The notes beneath the pieces were generated by a model. That model was given only the letters and a program-made list of their open reading frames with translations. It was not told the origin of the DNA and made no database searches. A stretch of 64,000 bases of DNA. Source: an uncultured Christensenellaceae bacterium. Its GTDB lineage: Bacteria; Bacillota; Clostridia; Christensenellales; DTU072. The first letter of the stretch is position 1, and each line of letters starts with the position of its first letter. Made by a program: the position numbers and the translations under genes. The stretch lies in contig CAZTFQ010000007.1 in NCBI GenBank assembly GCA_964613035.1, positions 8,409-72,408 of the forward strand, written 5' to 3'. This document shows positions 56,150 through 64,000 of this stretch, piece by piece.

Positions 56150-58678
56150 ATGAAAAAATTAACCTATGTGTTGATTATCGCATTGTTGATTGTTTCGCTT
56201 ACCGCTCTAATCGCCTGCGACGACGAAGAAATCCCGTCGGGGACTCCTTCCGGCAGCGAATTAGAAGTGTCCGAGCGTACGATCAACGTGACCGTACTCG
56301 ACGGTTCTGCGGCTGTGTCGGGAGCAGGGGTCTATATCCGCTCGACCGATTACTCCGCGACAACCGACGCCTCGGGTAAATGTCAATTGGTTTTATCTGC
56401 TGACGACTCCTCCGCCGATTATTATTCTCTCATCGTCAAGAAGACCGATTACCTCGATGCCGGTTACAAAGTCAATGCTTCGGACTTTAGCGACAACGTA
56501 GCAGACGTCACCGTCTCTATCTATACCGAGGACATCGTTATATCGGGTTCCGTCTCATGCGGAGACGTCGCTTTACAAGACGTACTCGTATCGGTATCTT
56601 CGGACGACGCGACCGCTATAACGGATAAAGACGGCAACTACTCGCTCGTCATCCCTCGTCCCATAGAGAGCTTCTCGATAACTTTCTCCAAGTCTCTATA
56701 TGCCGATTATAGCTTAGAGATCACCGACCTTGAAAAATCTCTCTACACCGTCAATGCGGTTCTTAGCGAGAATTCCTTCAACGTAGAAGGTACCGTCGCT
56801 CATTACTTCAACGGTGCAATCGACGGCGCTACCGTCAAAGTCGTCGGCACCGATACATCCGTGACGACCGATAGCGAGGGCAACTTCTCTATATCCGATA
56901 TCAAGGGGCTCGATCTTCCTTATCGACTTGCAGTTACCAAGACCGGTAGTCAGACCGCAATCGTCAAGGTGGAAGAAGCCGACGCCGAGCTGGAGATAGA
57001 GCTCGTCGACGATCCCGTCAAACTCGGCATCCTCTCCCCCAGCAACAAGAATTACTCAATGTCCGTCGTGCGCGACTCCAAAGGTATATGGTTTTATTTC
57101 GACAGCGCGTTCCAATTTGTCGATGGCGATAAACTGTGCATCTACATCGACGTCAACGAAACGGGCACCGTCTCCGTAGGCAGCAGCGTACTGGAGTTTG
57201 CCCTGTGCGGGGACTGCGATGCCGAAGGCAATCCTATCGCACTTGTTTGGAATCTTAAAACAAGCCAATCGGTAACCGAAACTGCCGAAATCGAATGGGG
57301 TAAAGAAGTTATTTACAACCTATATAACACAGAAGAAGGGTCGTATATAGAGGCATTCATCTCTTATGACGTCTTCGCCAAAGCCGGCGCTGACTTCGCT
57401 ATCGACTACAAGTCCGTAGTGGGCATATCCTTCTTCGACCGTGGTTCAAACAGTTCCGGTGCCGTGGGCTGGGACAGCGCGGACTTCCCCGGAGCCGACG
57501 GTGCCAATTGGGTACATCCCGACAGACCTTACGACTTCGTCCGTCTCGCTCCCGAGAACGTCATCTACGAAGCCGCCGACAATACCTACGTACCTTATAT
57601 CGACTATAACGTCGTCATTAACGTCCAAGACGAGGAAGGTAACGCCATTAACGGAGCCTCCGTCAATATGGTCTATCCTTACGAGATTTCCAAGATAGCA
57701 GAAGAAGGCGAAGTCGCTTTCGTCCTCAACGGAAAATATTTCAATAAGGAGCCTCGCTTCACCGCTATTGCGGAAGGATATGCAATGGCATCCGTAACGA
57801 TCGCCAGAACGGAATTCGTCGACGGCTCGACGGTAGTCGACATAACGCTCAAAGAAAACGACGTCATCCTTAGCGGCACGGGAAAAGTATCATCTTTGTC
57901 GGGCGCTCTTCAGGGAGTATCCGTATCCGTAGAGGGCTATGAAGGCTCCGTGCTTACCGACGCCGACGGCTCTTATGACATTTCTACTCTCAATATCGAC
58001 GCTAAGGGATTATCTTCTTATCAACTCGTTTTCAGTAAAGACGGTTACGACAACAAGACCCTTAACGTCACCATCGGCATGGAAATAGACGACGTCACGA
58101 TGCTTGCCGAGGCTCGCAATCTGGGGACTTTCGGAAATTATGGTTGGAACGTCACCATAGATCGTAGCGAAACCAAGCTCATCGTTGATCTCGTCAGTGC
58201 TCATAACTGGTACGGAAAGACCGATCTGGACGGCAATACTACTTTTAGCGAGAACGAACTTCAGATATATTTCGTCACCGATCTTACCGCTAAATCGAAA
58301 ACCGCCGACGGATTAAGAGAACTCACGATAGTAGAAAAGGTTTCTCAAGGCGGTACCGACTGGGCAGGCTGGAGAGACGGTAGCAGAAGCTTCCTCACCT
58401 GGCCCGGAATTACCTATAGCGTATACAACGGTGACGACGGATGTAAGGTCCATGTAGAAGTTGCGTACAGCCTTCTCGGAATAGATAAGGGTGACACCGT
58501 AGGTCTGGCTCTCGGCGAGTGGTACGGTCAGGAGACGGCTAAGTGGTCTTGTCCTTTCTATACCAGCGGTACGCAGACTTTCGTAACCTCGGGCTGGGCA
58601 GTTAACGTCAATGATCCTTCCACGTCCCTTCACTGGGCGGCAGATAACTCCACCAAGGTAGTATACGTCGCAGAATAA
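56150..58678 (+). CDS. Non-catalytic-looking surface lipoprotein with repeated carboxypeptidase-regulatory-like (Ig/TTR-like) and DOMON-like domains
   Basis: ATG 56150, lipobox LIAC. Repeated (V/I).G.V......(L/V).GA.V......TD..G.(Y/F).(I/L) units; two sugar-binding-like domains (YIEAFISY..., VEVAYSLLG). Confidence 0.7.
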   Translation: MKKLTYVLIIALLIVSLTALIACDDEEIPSGTPSGSELEVSERTINVTVLDGSAAVSGAGVYIRSTDYSATTDASGKCQLVLSADDSSADYYSLIVKKTDYLDAGYKVNASDFSDNVADVTVSIYTEDIVISGSVSCGDVALQDVLVSVSSDDATAITDKDGNYSLVIPRPIESFSITFSKSLYADYSLEITDLEKSLYTVNAVLSENSFNVEGTVAHYFNGAIDGATVKVVGTDTSVTTDSEGNFSISDIKGLDLPYRLAVTKTGSQTAIVKVEEADAELEIELVDDPVKLGILSPSNKNYSMSVVRDSKGIWFYFDSAFQFVDGDKLCIYIDVNETGTVSVGSSVLEFALCGDCDAEGNPIALVWNLKTSQSVTETAEIEWGKEVIYNLYNTEEGSYIEAFISYDVFAKAGADFAIDYKSVVGISFFDRGSNSSGAVGWDSADFPGADGANWVHPDRPYDFVRLAPENVIYEAADNTYVPYIDYNVVINVQDEEGNAINGASVNMVYPYEISKIAEEGEVAFVLNGKYFNKEPRFTAIAEGYAMASVTIARTEFVDGSTVVDITLKENDVILSGTGKVSSLSGALQGVSVSVEGYEGSVLTDADGSYDISTLNIDAKGLSSYQLVFSKDGYDNKTLNVTIGMEIDDVTMLAEARNLGTFGNYGWNVTIDRSETKLIVDLVSAHNWYGKTDLDGNTTFSENELQIYFVTDLTAKSKTADGLRELTIVEKVSQGGTDWAGWRDGSRSFLTWPGITYSVYNGDDGCKVHVEVAYSLLGIDKGDTVGLALGEWYGQETAKWSCPFYTSGTQTFVTSGWAVNVNDPSTSLHWAADNSTKVVYVAE

Positions 58679-58688
58679 AATCAATCTA

Positions 58689-58720
58689 ATTTCTCCCGCG
58701 GAGCGATTCGCGGGAGAAAT
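58689..58720. other. Strong intergenic stem-loop without downstream U-tract
   Basis: ATTTCTCCCGCG-GAGCGATT-CGCGGGAGAAAT: perfect 12-bp stem just upstream of the ABC ATPase gene. Confidence 0.72.
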
Positions 58721-58739
58721 ATCAACGGAGATAATTTTC

Positions 58740-60359
58740 ATGACCGAAGAAAACAGAATAAAGAAGATCGAACTGAAGAAGAACGAAAAAATTCATCTAG
58801 AGATGATAGAAAATCAACTTCTCAACAGAAGATTGGTTAAGATCGCCCCCGAGGACGTCTGCATATCGTTCAAGAATATCAACAAGATATACCCCAATCA
58901 TAAGCAGGCGGTATTTGATTTCGATTTGGACATAAAAGAGAAAGAATTCATCGTATTCGTAGGTCCGTCGGGTTGCGGCAAGTCTACGACTCTCAGAATG
59001 CTCGCGGGATTAGAGGATATCACGTACGGAGACCTCTTCATCGACGGCAAGTACGCCAACGACCTTATGCCCAAGGAGCGCGACGTCGCGATGGTCTTCC
59101 AAAACTACGCCCTCTATCCCAATATGAGCGTCTATGACAATATGGCTTTCTCCCTACAAGCGAGGAAGTATGACAAAAAGGAGATAGATAAAAGGGTAAG
59201 GCACGCCGCGAAGATCTTAGAGATAGAAGAATATCTCGACGTCAAGCCTGCCAATCTGTCGGGCGGTCAGAGACAAAGAGTCGCGCTCGGAAGAGCGATT
59301 GTTCGTAATGCTAAAGTTTTTCTTATGGACGAGCCTCTCAGCAATCTTGACGCCAAGTTGAGAGTACAGATGCGTAGCGAGATAGTCAAACTTCACAACC
59401 AAGTGGGAGCCACTACGGTGTACGTCACTCACGACCAGACCGAGGCAATGACCATGGCGACCAGGATAGTGGTAATGAAAGGCGGATATGTCCAACAGAT
59501 AGGCACGCCCAAAGATATCTACAACAATCCTTCCAACGTTTTCGTCGCTAAGTTTATCGGTTCGCCCGCAATGAACGTACTCGACTGCGTCATAGAAGAC
59601 GGCTCTATAGTCTTGCCCAACGGTCTTATTATACCCCTCACTGAGGCAAGACTCTCCGCTATCAAGGACTTCTATATCGACGAAATCGACTCTACGGAGA
59701 AGAATATCGCCGCACTGGAGCAGGAAATAGAGGATCGCGAATACGAGCTCACTCACCCCGATTACGTTAGAGCCGCAATTGCCTTCGACAAAAAACGTAA
59801 CAAAATATCTTCCGAGATAGCCAAGTTGAGTGAAAAAATTAAAAAAGCCAAGCGCTCGTTTAAGGGCGACGACGTCATAGCGCCTCTTCAAGAGTCGTTG
59901 AGCCGTAAGAATGCAGAGTATGCGACATTCGTCGAGGAGCAAGAGGCTCTCCTTAAGTCGACGGAGTATAAGGAAGTCGTTCCGCGTAATTACGACAAGA
60001 TTCGAAACACCGACGATTATCTCAATATCTATCGTCAGGACTTAGAGAAACTCCGCGCCGACCTCAAGTATTACAAGTCGTGTGCGGCAGGAGAAAACAC
60101 CGCCTATCTATTCGGTATCCGCCCGGAAGAAATCTACTTCGACAACGATTCGGACGGATTGTCGGAGGAGTTTTCCGCCGATATTACCGTGGCGGAATTA
60201 TTGGGACACGAGTACTTCATCCACTTCAACGTAGGAGATACCGACGTTACCGCCAAGCTCAATACCGAGGAACTCGTCGCGGGACAGACGATCGGGCTGA
60301 AGCTAGACCTCAAATATCTGCATATATTTGACAAACATAGCGAAAAACGCATTTTTTAG
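58740..60359 (+). CDS. Sugar ABC transporter ATPase (MsmK/MalK-like) with ~150-aa helical insertion
   Basis: [83 protein letters not shown]. Confidence 0.93.
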   Translation: MTEENRIKKIELKKNEKIHLEMIENQLLNRRLVKIAPEDVCISFKNINKIYPNHKQAVFDFDLDIKEKEFIVFVGPSGCGKSTTLRMLAGLEDITYGDLFIDGKYANDLMPKERDVAMVFQNYALYPNMSVYDNMAFSLQARKYDKKEIDKRVRHAAKILEIEEYLDVKPANLSGGQRQRVALGRAIVRNAKVFLMDEPLSNLDAKLRVQMRSEIVKLHNQVGATTVYVTHDQTEAMTMATRIVVMKGGYVQQIGTPKDIYNNPSNVFVAKFIGSPAMNVLDCVIEDGSIVLPNGLIIPLTEARLSAIKDFYIDEIDSTEKNIAALEQEIEDREYELTHPDYVRAAIAFDKKRNKISSEIAKLSEKIKKAKRSFKGDDVIAPLQESLSRKNAEYATFVEEQEALLKSTEYKEVVPRNYDKIRNTDDYLNIYRQDLEKLRADLKYYKSCAAGENTAYLFGIRPEEIYFDNDSDGLSEEFSADITVAELLGHEYFIHFNVGDTDVTAKLNTEELVAGQTIGLKLDLKYLHIFDKHSEKRIF

Positions 60360-60372
60360 ATAAAGGTGTAAT

Positions 60373-60957
60373 ATGTACAAAGATTTACTTCAAGACATAA
60401 TGATAAAAGAGCGTGACTCCGTCAATGCGCTCATCGAGTCGACTAACACTCAATACGACGAGGTCATAGAGACTTTGCTTAACTGCAAGGGCAAGGTAGT
60501 ATTCTTCGGAATCGGCAAGAGCGGTCATATCGGAGAGAAACTCGCCGCGACGTTTTCCAGTACTGGCACACCGTCTATATTCGTCCACGCGGCAGAGGCT
60601 CGTCACGGGGACTTCGGGATGATAGAGGCTCGCGACGTCGTCATATTGATGTCTCATAGCGGTACGACTTCAGAGACGGTCTCCGCCGTCGATACCCTCA
60701 AGACGATAGGCTGTAAGACGATAGCTTTTTGCCGAGACGGAGACACGACTTTGGCTAACCGATGCGATCTCCGTATAGGATATCCTTTCGGACAAGAGGC
60801 AGATCCTATGGGGGTTGCGCCCAGCAGCAGCACGACCGTGCAGTTGGTGCTAGGCGACGCGATAGGATTGACGCTGTCCTCTCTCAAGGGCTTCACCAGA
60901 GCGGATTTCGGCAAATTCCATCCGGGCGGAACTTTAGGGAAAATGCTCAATAAATAG
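60373..60957 (+). CDS. SIS-only D-arabinose-5-phosphate isomerase (KpsF/GutQ family, no CBS domains)
   Basis: G.GKSGHIG.K.AAT.SSTGTPS.F.H..EA.HGD.G, SHSG.T.E, AP.SSTT..L..GDA, DF..FHPGG.LG; the protein ends where the CBS pair would begin. Confidence 0.88.
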   Translation: MYKDLLQDIMIKERDSVNALIESTNTQYDEVIETLLNCKGKVVFFGIGKSGHIGEKLAATFSSTGTPSIFVHAAEARHGDFGMIEARDVVILMSHSGTTSETVSAVDTLKTIGCKTIAFCRDGDTTLANRCDLRIGYPFGQEADPMGVAPSSSTTVQLVLGDAIGLTLSSLKGFTRADFGKFHPGGTLGKMLNK

Positions 60958-61023
60958 TATTTGAGTTTTGGGTAACCGTATCGTATAATTAAGTAGACTA
61001 AACAAGGATTTTAGGAGAAAAAG

Positions 61024-61917
61024 ATGAGTATACTCGTAGTGGGAAGTTTCGTGACGGATCTGGTAGCGACCACCGACAGAGCCCCGGAGGCGGGCGAATC
61101 CGTCAGAGGCAATTCTTTCAACATATATCAAGGAGGCAAAGGCATCAATCAAGCCGTTGCGGCTAAGCGTATGGGTGCCGACGTTATTATGGCAGGGTGT
61201 CTGGGCAACGACTCCTTCGGCGATGACTTCATCAAGACAATCGAGGCAGAGGGGATGTCTACCGAGTATATCAAGAGATCGGATTCGGCTACCGGGTGCA
61301 GTCTGATAGTATTGGATAAAAACGGGCAGAATCGTATCTGTATGACTCCGGGAGCCAACCTCGACTATGCTACGGAAGACTTATACGGTATCGAGAGTCT
61401 GATAGAAGATGCCGACGTCGTCGTTACGCAATGCGAGATGATTCCCGAGATTGTCGATGAATTAGCCGCACTGTGCTCTAAGCACAATAAGAAGTTCATT
61501 CTCAATCCGGCTCCCGCAAGAGCTTTGAGCGACGAGGTGATCTCCGCTACTTACGTTATTTCTCCCAACGAGACCGAGCTGGGAGTGATTATCGGTAGGA
61601 CGCTAGTCAGCGACGAGGATTATATATCGGGTGCTCGAGAGTTGCTCGATAGAGGCGCCGACAACGTCGTCGTAACTCTCGGGAGCAGAGGAAGTCTTCT
61701 CGTCAATAAAGACGTCGTCGAGATAGTCCCGGCTAAGAAAGTCAAAGCCGTAGACACGGTAGGCGCGGGAGATTCTTTCACAGGGTCTCTGGCTGCCTTC
61801 ATAGCAGAAGGCAAAGATGTTTTGTCCGCGATGAAACTCAGTACTGCAGTAGCCGGACTGCAAGTCACTCGTCGCGGAGCCATTCCATCTATGCCGTATA
61901 GAAAGGAGATAGAATAA
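61024..61917 (+). CDS. Ribokinase-family pentose kinase (candidate D-arabinose kinase)
   Basis: GSFVTD, GGKGINQAVAA, GND.FG, LNPAPA, PNETE, VTLGSRG, VDTVGAGDSF. Confidence 0.88.
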   Translation: MSILVVGSFVTDLVATTDRAPEAGESVRGNSFNIYQGGKGINQAVAAKRMGADVIMAGCLGNDSFGDDFIKTIEAEGMSTEYIKRSDSATGCSLIVLDKNGQNRICMTPGANLDYATEDLYGIESLIEDADVVVTQCEMIPEIVDELAALCSKHNKKFILNPAPARALSDEVISATYVISPNETELGVIIGRTLVSDEDYISGARELLDRGADNVVVTLGSRGSLLVNKDVVEIVPAKKVKAVDTVGAGDSFTGSLAAFIAEGKDVLSAMKLSTAVAGLQVTRRGAIPSMPYRKEIE

Positions 61918-61930
61918 GGAGTTATTACTA

Positions 61931-63688
61931 ATGAAAAAGTCATTAAAAATATTTATGATTACCGTAGGAATAATCGTTTTGTTGCTATGCTTGATTATTG
62001 CAGGTTGCGACGAAAAACACACTCATAGTTACGTTATTTTTTCGACTTATAAAGAGGCTTCTTGTACGGAAGAGGGCGAGACGCGAGTATATTGCGAATG
62101 CGGCGAGTATATTTCCGAGACCATATCGGCTCCGGGGCATGACTACGGAGAGTGGACTACGATAGAAGAAGCCACCGTTACCGATGACGGGAAAAAACAA
62201 CGCGAGTGTTCTCGTTGTTATGATATAGATGAGCGGATTATCCCTGCCACAGGTGTATCGGTATCCGCATATCCGTCGGTCTACGTGTCCTTCGACAATC
62301 CGGACAACAACGGCAACTTCTATGACTGTATTTCAGGCGACGCTATCTACAATCACTTGGGCGTATCCGAAGCGGAAGGTCGGTCGTCAAAAGGCGCTGT
62401 CTTCGACGGCACCGATTATTTGGAGATAAGTGCGGCTGCTCCGACGAGCAATTCCGCCTATACGGTCTCTTGCTGGATCAAGATCGATACGACGTCTCTA
62501 GAGACCGGTCGAGAGTACGTGATAGTAGGCTGGGGCGACGCTACTTCCAATCAAGGAACTGCGTTGACTGTCAAAAACAATCGTCTCTACGCAACCTTCT
62601 TGACTAATAGACCGGTATGCGATCTGCCTTCTGACTGCGCAACGGTCTGGCATCACGTCGCACTGACTTACGACGGCGCTACGCATAAATTGTACCTCGA
62701 CGGCGACGAAAAGTCTTCTCTCACTCTTACCAACGGTATGGAAATAAGCGAGTCTCCTATATATGTCGGCGGATTGGACGGAGAAAAGAATTATTGCGGA
62801 AAAATAGACGAGCTGATGATATTCAACTCGGTAATAAACAACGAGGAGATAGTATATTATATGGATAATATAGGCAACTTAAGACTAAGCAATCCCACCA
62901 ACGACATCCCCGTTTCGGACGGGAAAAAACAATTCGACGTCAACGGAACGTACATCACCAACGGCTGGAATAGGTTCTATTACGAGTACAACGGCACAGA
63001 GCTCGGCGTAGCCGTACATTTGCCCAGGAATTACGACCCCTATAAAACCTATCCGCTGCTTATATCGCTGCACGGCGACGGATATCTTAACAAGACCCTC
63101 GATCAGATAATGACCTGCGGTGATAATAACTTTGCAAAAAGCGCCATGTCTCTAGGCGAAGATTGCATAATCGTCATGCCAAACGCAGGGACGGAAGTTT
63201 GGCTCTATGTACCCGATATTAAGCAATATGTAGACAATCAATATCTTTCTAGAAGTTACGATATGTCGACAGCTGTCCCCAGTGCTGAATTGAATGCGGT
63301 CGACAATCTCATAGACGTACTTATCGCCAACTACCCCGTCGATAGAGATAGAGTCTATCTCGCGGGATATAGCAGAGGTTGTATGGCGTCTTTTTATCTG
63401 ATGAATAAGAATCCCGAGCGTTTTTCCGCGGCAGTGCTTTGCTGCGGAGCGGGCGATTCCTCTATAATGCCCGACTTGGCATCCATACCGCTTTGGTTCT
63501 ATTGCGGAGACCAAGACAACCTCGTATACTACAATGACTTCAAAAAACTCTACGACATATACGTAGAAGCAGGTGGTCAGGGACACTTCACAACCTGCCC
63601 CGGCGGCGACCACGGAGCCCCCGCTAGCTACGTCAACAACAATACGGAACTTATCGAGTGGGTCTTCTCACAGAAGAAATCTTCTTAA
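61931..63688 (+). CDS. Lipoprotein: His/Cys surface repeat, LamG/ConA-like domain and alpha/beta-hydrolase (esterase) domain
   Basis: Lipobox IAGC. H.HSY....ASCTEEG...C.CG repeat; YTVSCWIK...WHHVALTYDG..LYLDG...IDELMIFN (LamG). Esterase motifs PLLISLHG.G, D.DRVYL.GYSRG, GDQD, GGDH. Confidence 0.85.
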   Translation: MKKSLKIFMITVGIIVLLLCLIIAGCDEKHTHSYVIFSTYKEASCTEEGETRVYCECGEYISETISAPGHDYGEWTTIEEATVTDDGKKQRECSRCYDIDERIIPATGVSVSAYPSVYVSFDNPDNNGNFYDCISGDAIYNHLGVSEAEGRSSKGAVFDGTDYLEISAAAPTSNSAYTVSCWIKIDTTSLETGREYVIVGWGDATSNQGTALTVKNNRLYATFLTNRPVCDLPSDCATVWHHVALTYDGATHKLYLDGDEKSSLTLTNGMEISESPIYVGGLDGEKNYCGKIDELMIFNSVINNEEIVYYMDNIGNLRLSNPTNDIPVSDGKKQFDVNGTYITNGWNRFYYEYNGTELGVAVHLPRNYDPYKTYPLLISLHGDGYLNKTLDQIMTCGDNNFAKSAMSLGEDCIIVMPNAGTEVWLYVPDIKQYVDNQYLSRSYDMSTAVPSAELNAVDNLIDVLIANYPVDRDRVYLAGYSRGCMASFYLMNKNPERFSAAVLCCGAGDSSIMPDLASIPLWFYCGDQDNLVYYNDFKKLYDIYVEAGGQGHFTTCPGGDHGAPASYVNNNTELIEWVFSQKKSS

Positions 63689-64000
63689 ATTCCAACCGTA
63701 CGACATTGTACGTACTATGCGCGGTTAGGATTACTTGTATTGTTAGCCTGTGACGGATATTCACGGTCCGACTCTGCTAAAAAGGATGTCATCCCGATAT
63801 CATTTTTGTTGTATAAACACAAAAGTGCCCAAAATAGCATTTTTCGTATATAAAAATTAGCTTAACGAATGACTCGAAAACTACATAAATCCATCTAACA
63901 AAATACGCACCTCAAAATAGTGATTTATCTATGATAGCAGGGTATATATTCTAACATTCTCTTCCGTCGAACTTGAACTCGTCGATATATGACGGTTTCC

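Noticed and set aside
60373-60957. KpsF/KdsD-like gene as evidence of Kdo, LPS or capsule synthesis
   Set aside because: No kdsA/B/C or kps genes are present, the organism appears monoderm, and the context is catabolic.
63692-64000. Possible terminator or ncRNA at the window end (AACCG...CGGTT)
   Set aside because: The stem is short, with a large loop and no clear U-tract, and the downstream context is missing.
1-64000. rRNA, tRNA, IS, integrase or prophage genes
   Set aside because: No such motif was recognised on either strand by eye. A tRNAscan-SE/Infernal run would be needed to exclude small RNAs.

Overview
This is a gene-dense chromosomal window from a Gram-positive, Clostridia-like bacterium. 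That assignment is inferred from lipoprotein signal peptides, the absence of outer-membrane genes, and the spoVT-yabM-mazG synteny. It holds two large AraC-linked glycan-utilisation loci separated by housekeeping genes. Locus 1 (1-21.2 kb) encodes a sugar ABC importer with an oversized binding protein, a GH43 lipoprotein, a 2,221-aa lipoprotein ending in eight tandem ~195-aa beta-sandwich-like repeats, membrane accessory genes, a ribokinase and a surface sialate/O-acetylesterase-type enzyme. A five-gene sugar-acid module plus its AraC gene (21.2-26.5 kb: lactonase-like, aldonate dehydratase, SDR, KDPG aldolase, KDG kinase) is bracketed by two nearly identical terminators. It is followed by a PI-PLC-like protein, an esterase and a GH36 alpha-galactosidase. 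An operon at 31.1-34.9 kb pairs an Fe-S flavin enoate reductase with a two-subunit aconitase X. Housekeeping genes follow (rplI, rubrerythrin, spoVT, yabM-like flippase, mazG, dus, rlmH, heterodimeric ABC exporter). Locus 2 (48.2-63.7 kb) combines an ABC importer, an uncharacterised TIM-barrel-like lipoprotein, a GH172/DUF2961 enzyme, an SIS-only arabinose-5-phosphate isomerase and a ribokinase-family kinase. It is the best candidate for an undescribed system: a Gram-positive D-arabinan/D-arabinose utilisation locus. No rRNA, tRNA, CRISPR array or transposase was recognised. All family assignments come from motif reading, not database searches.
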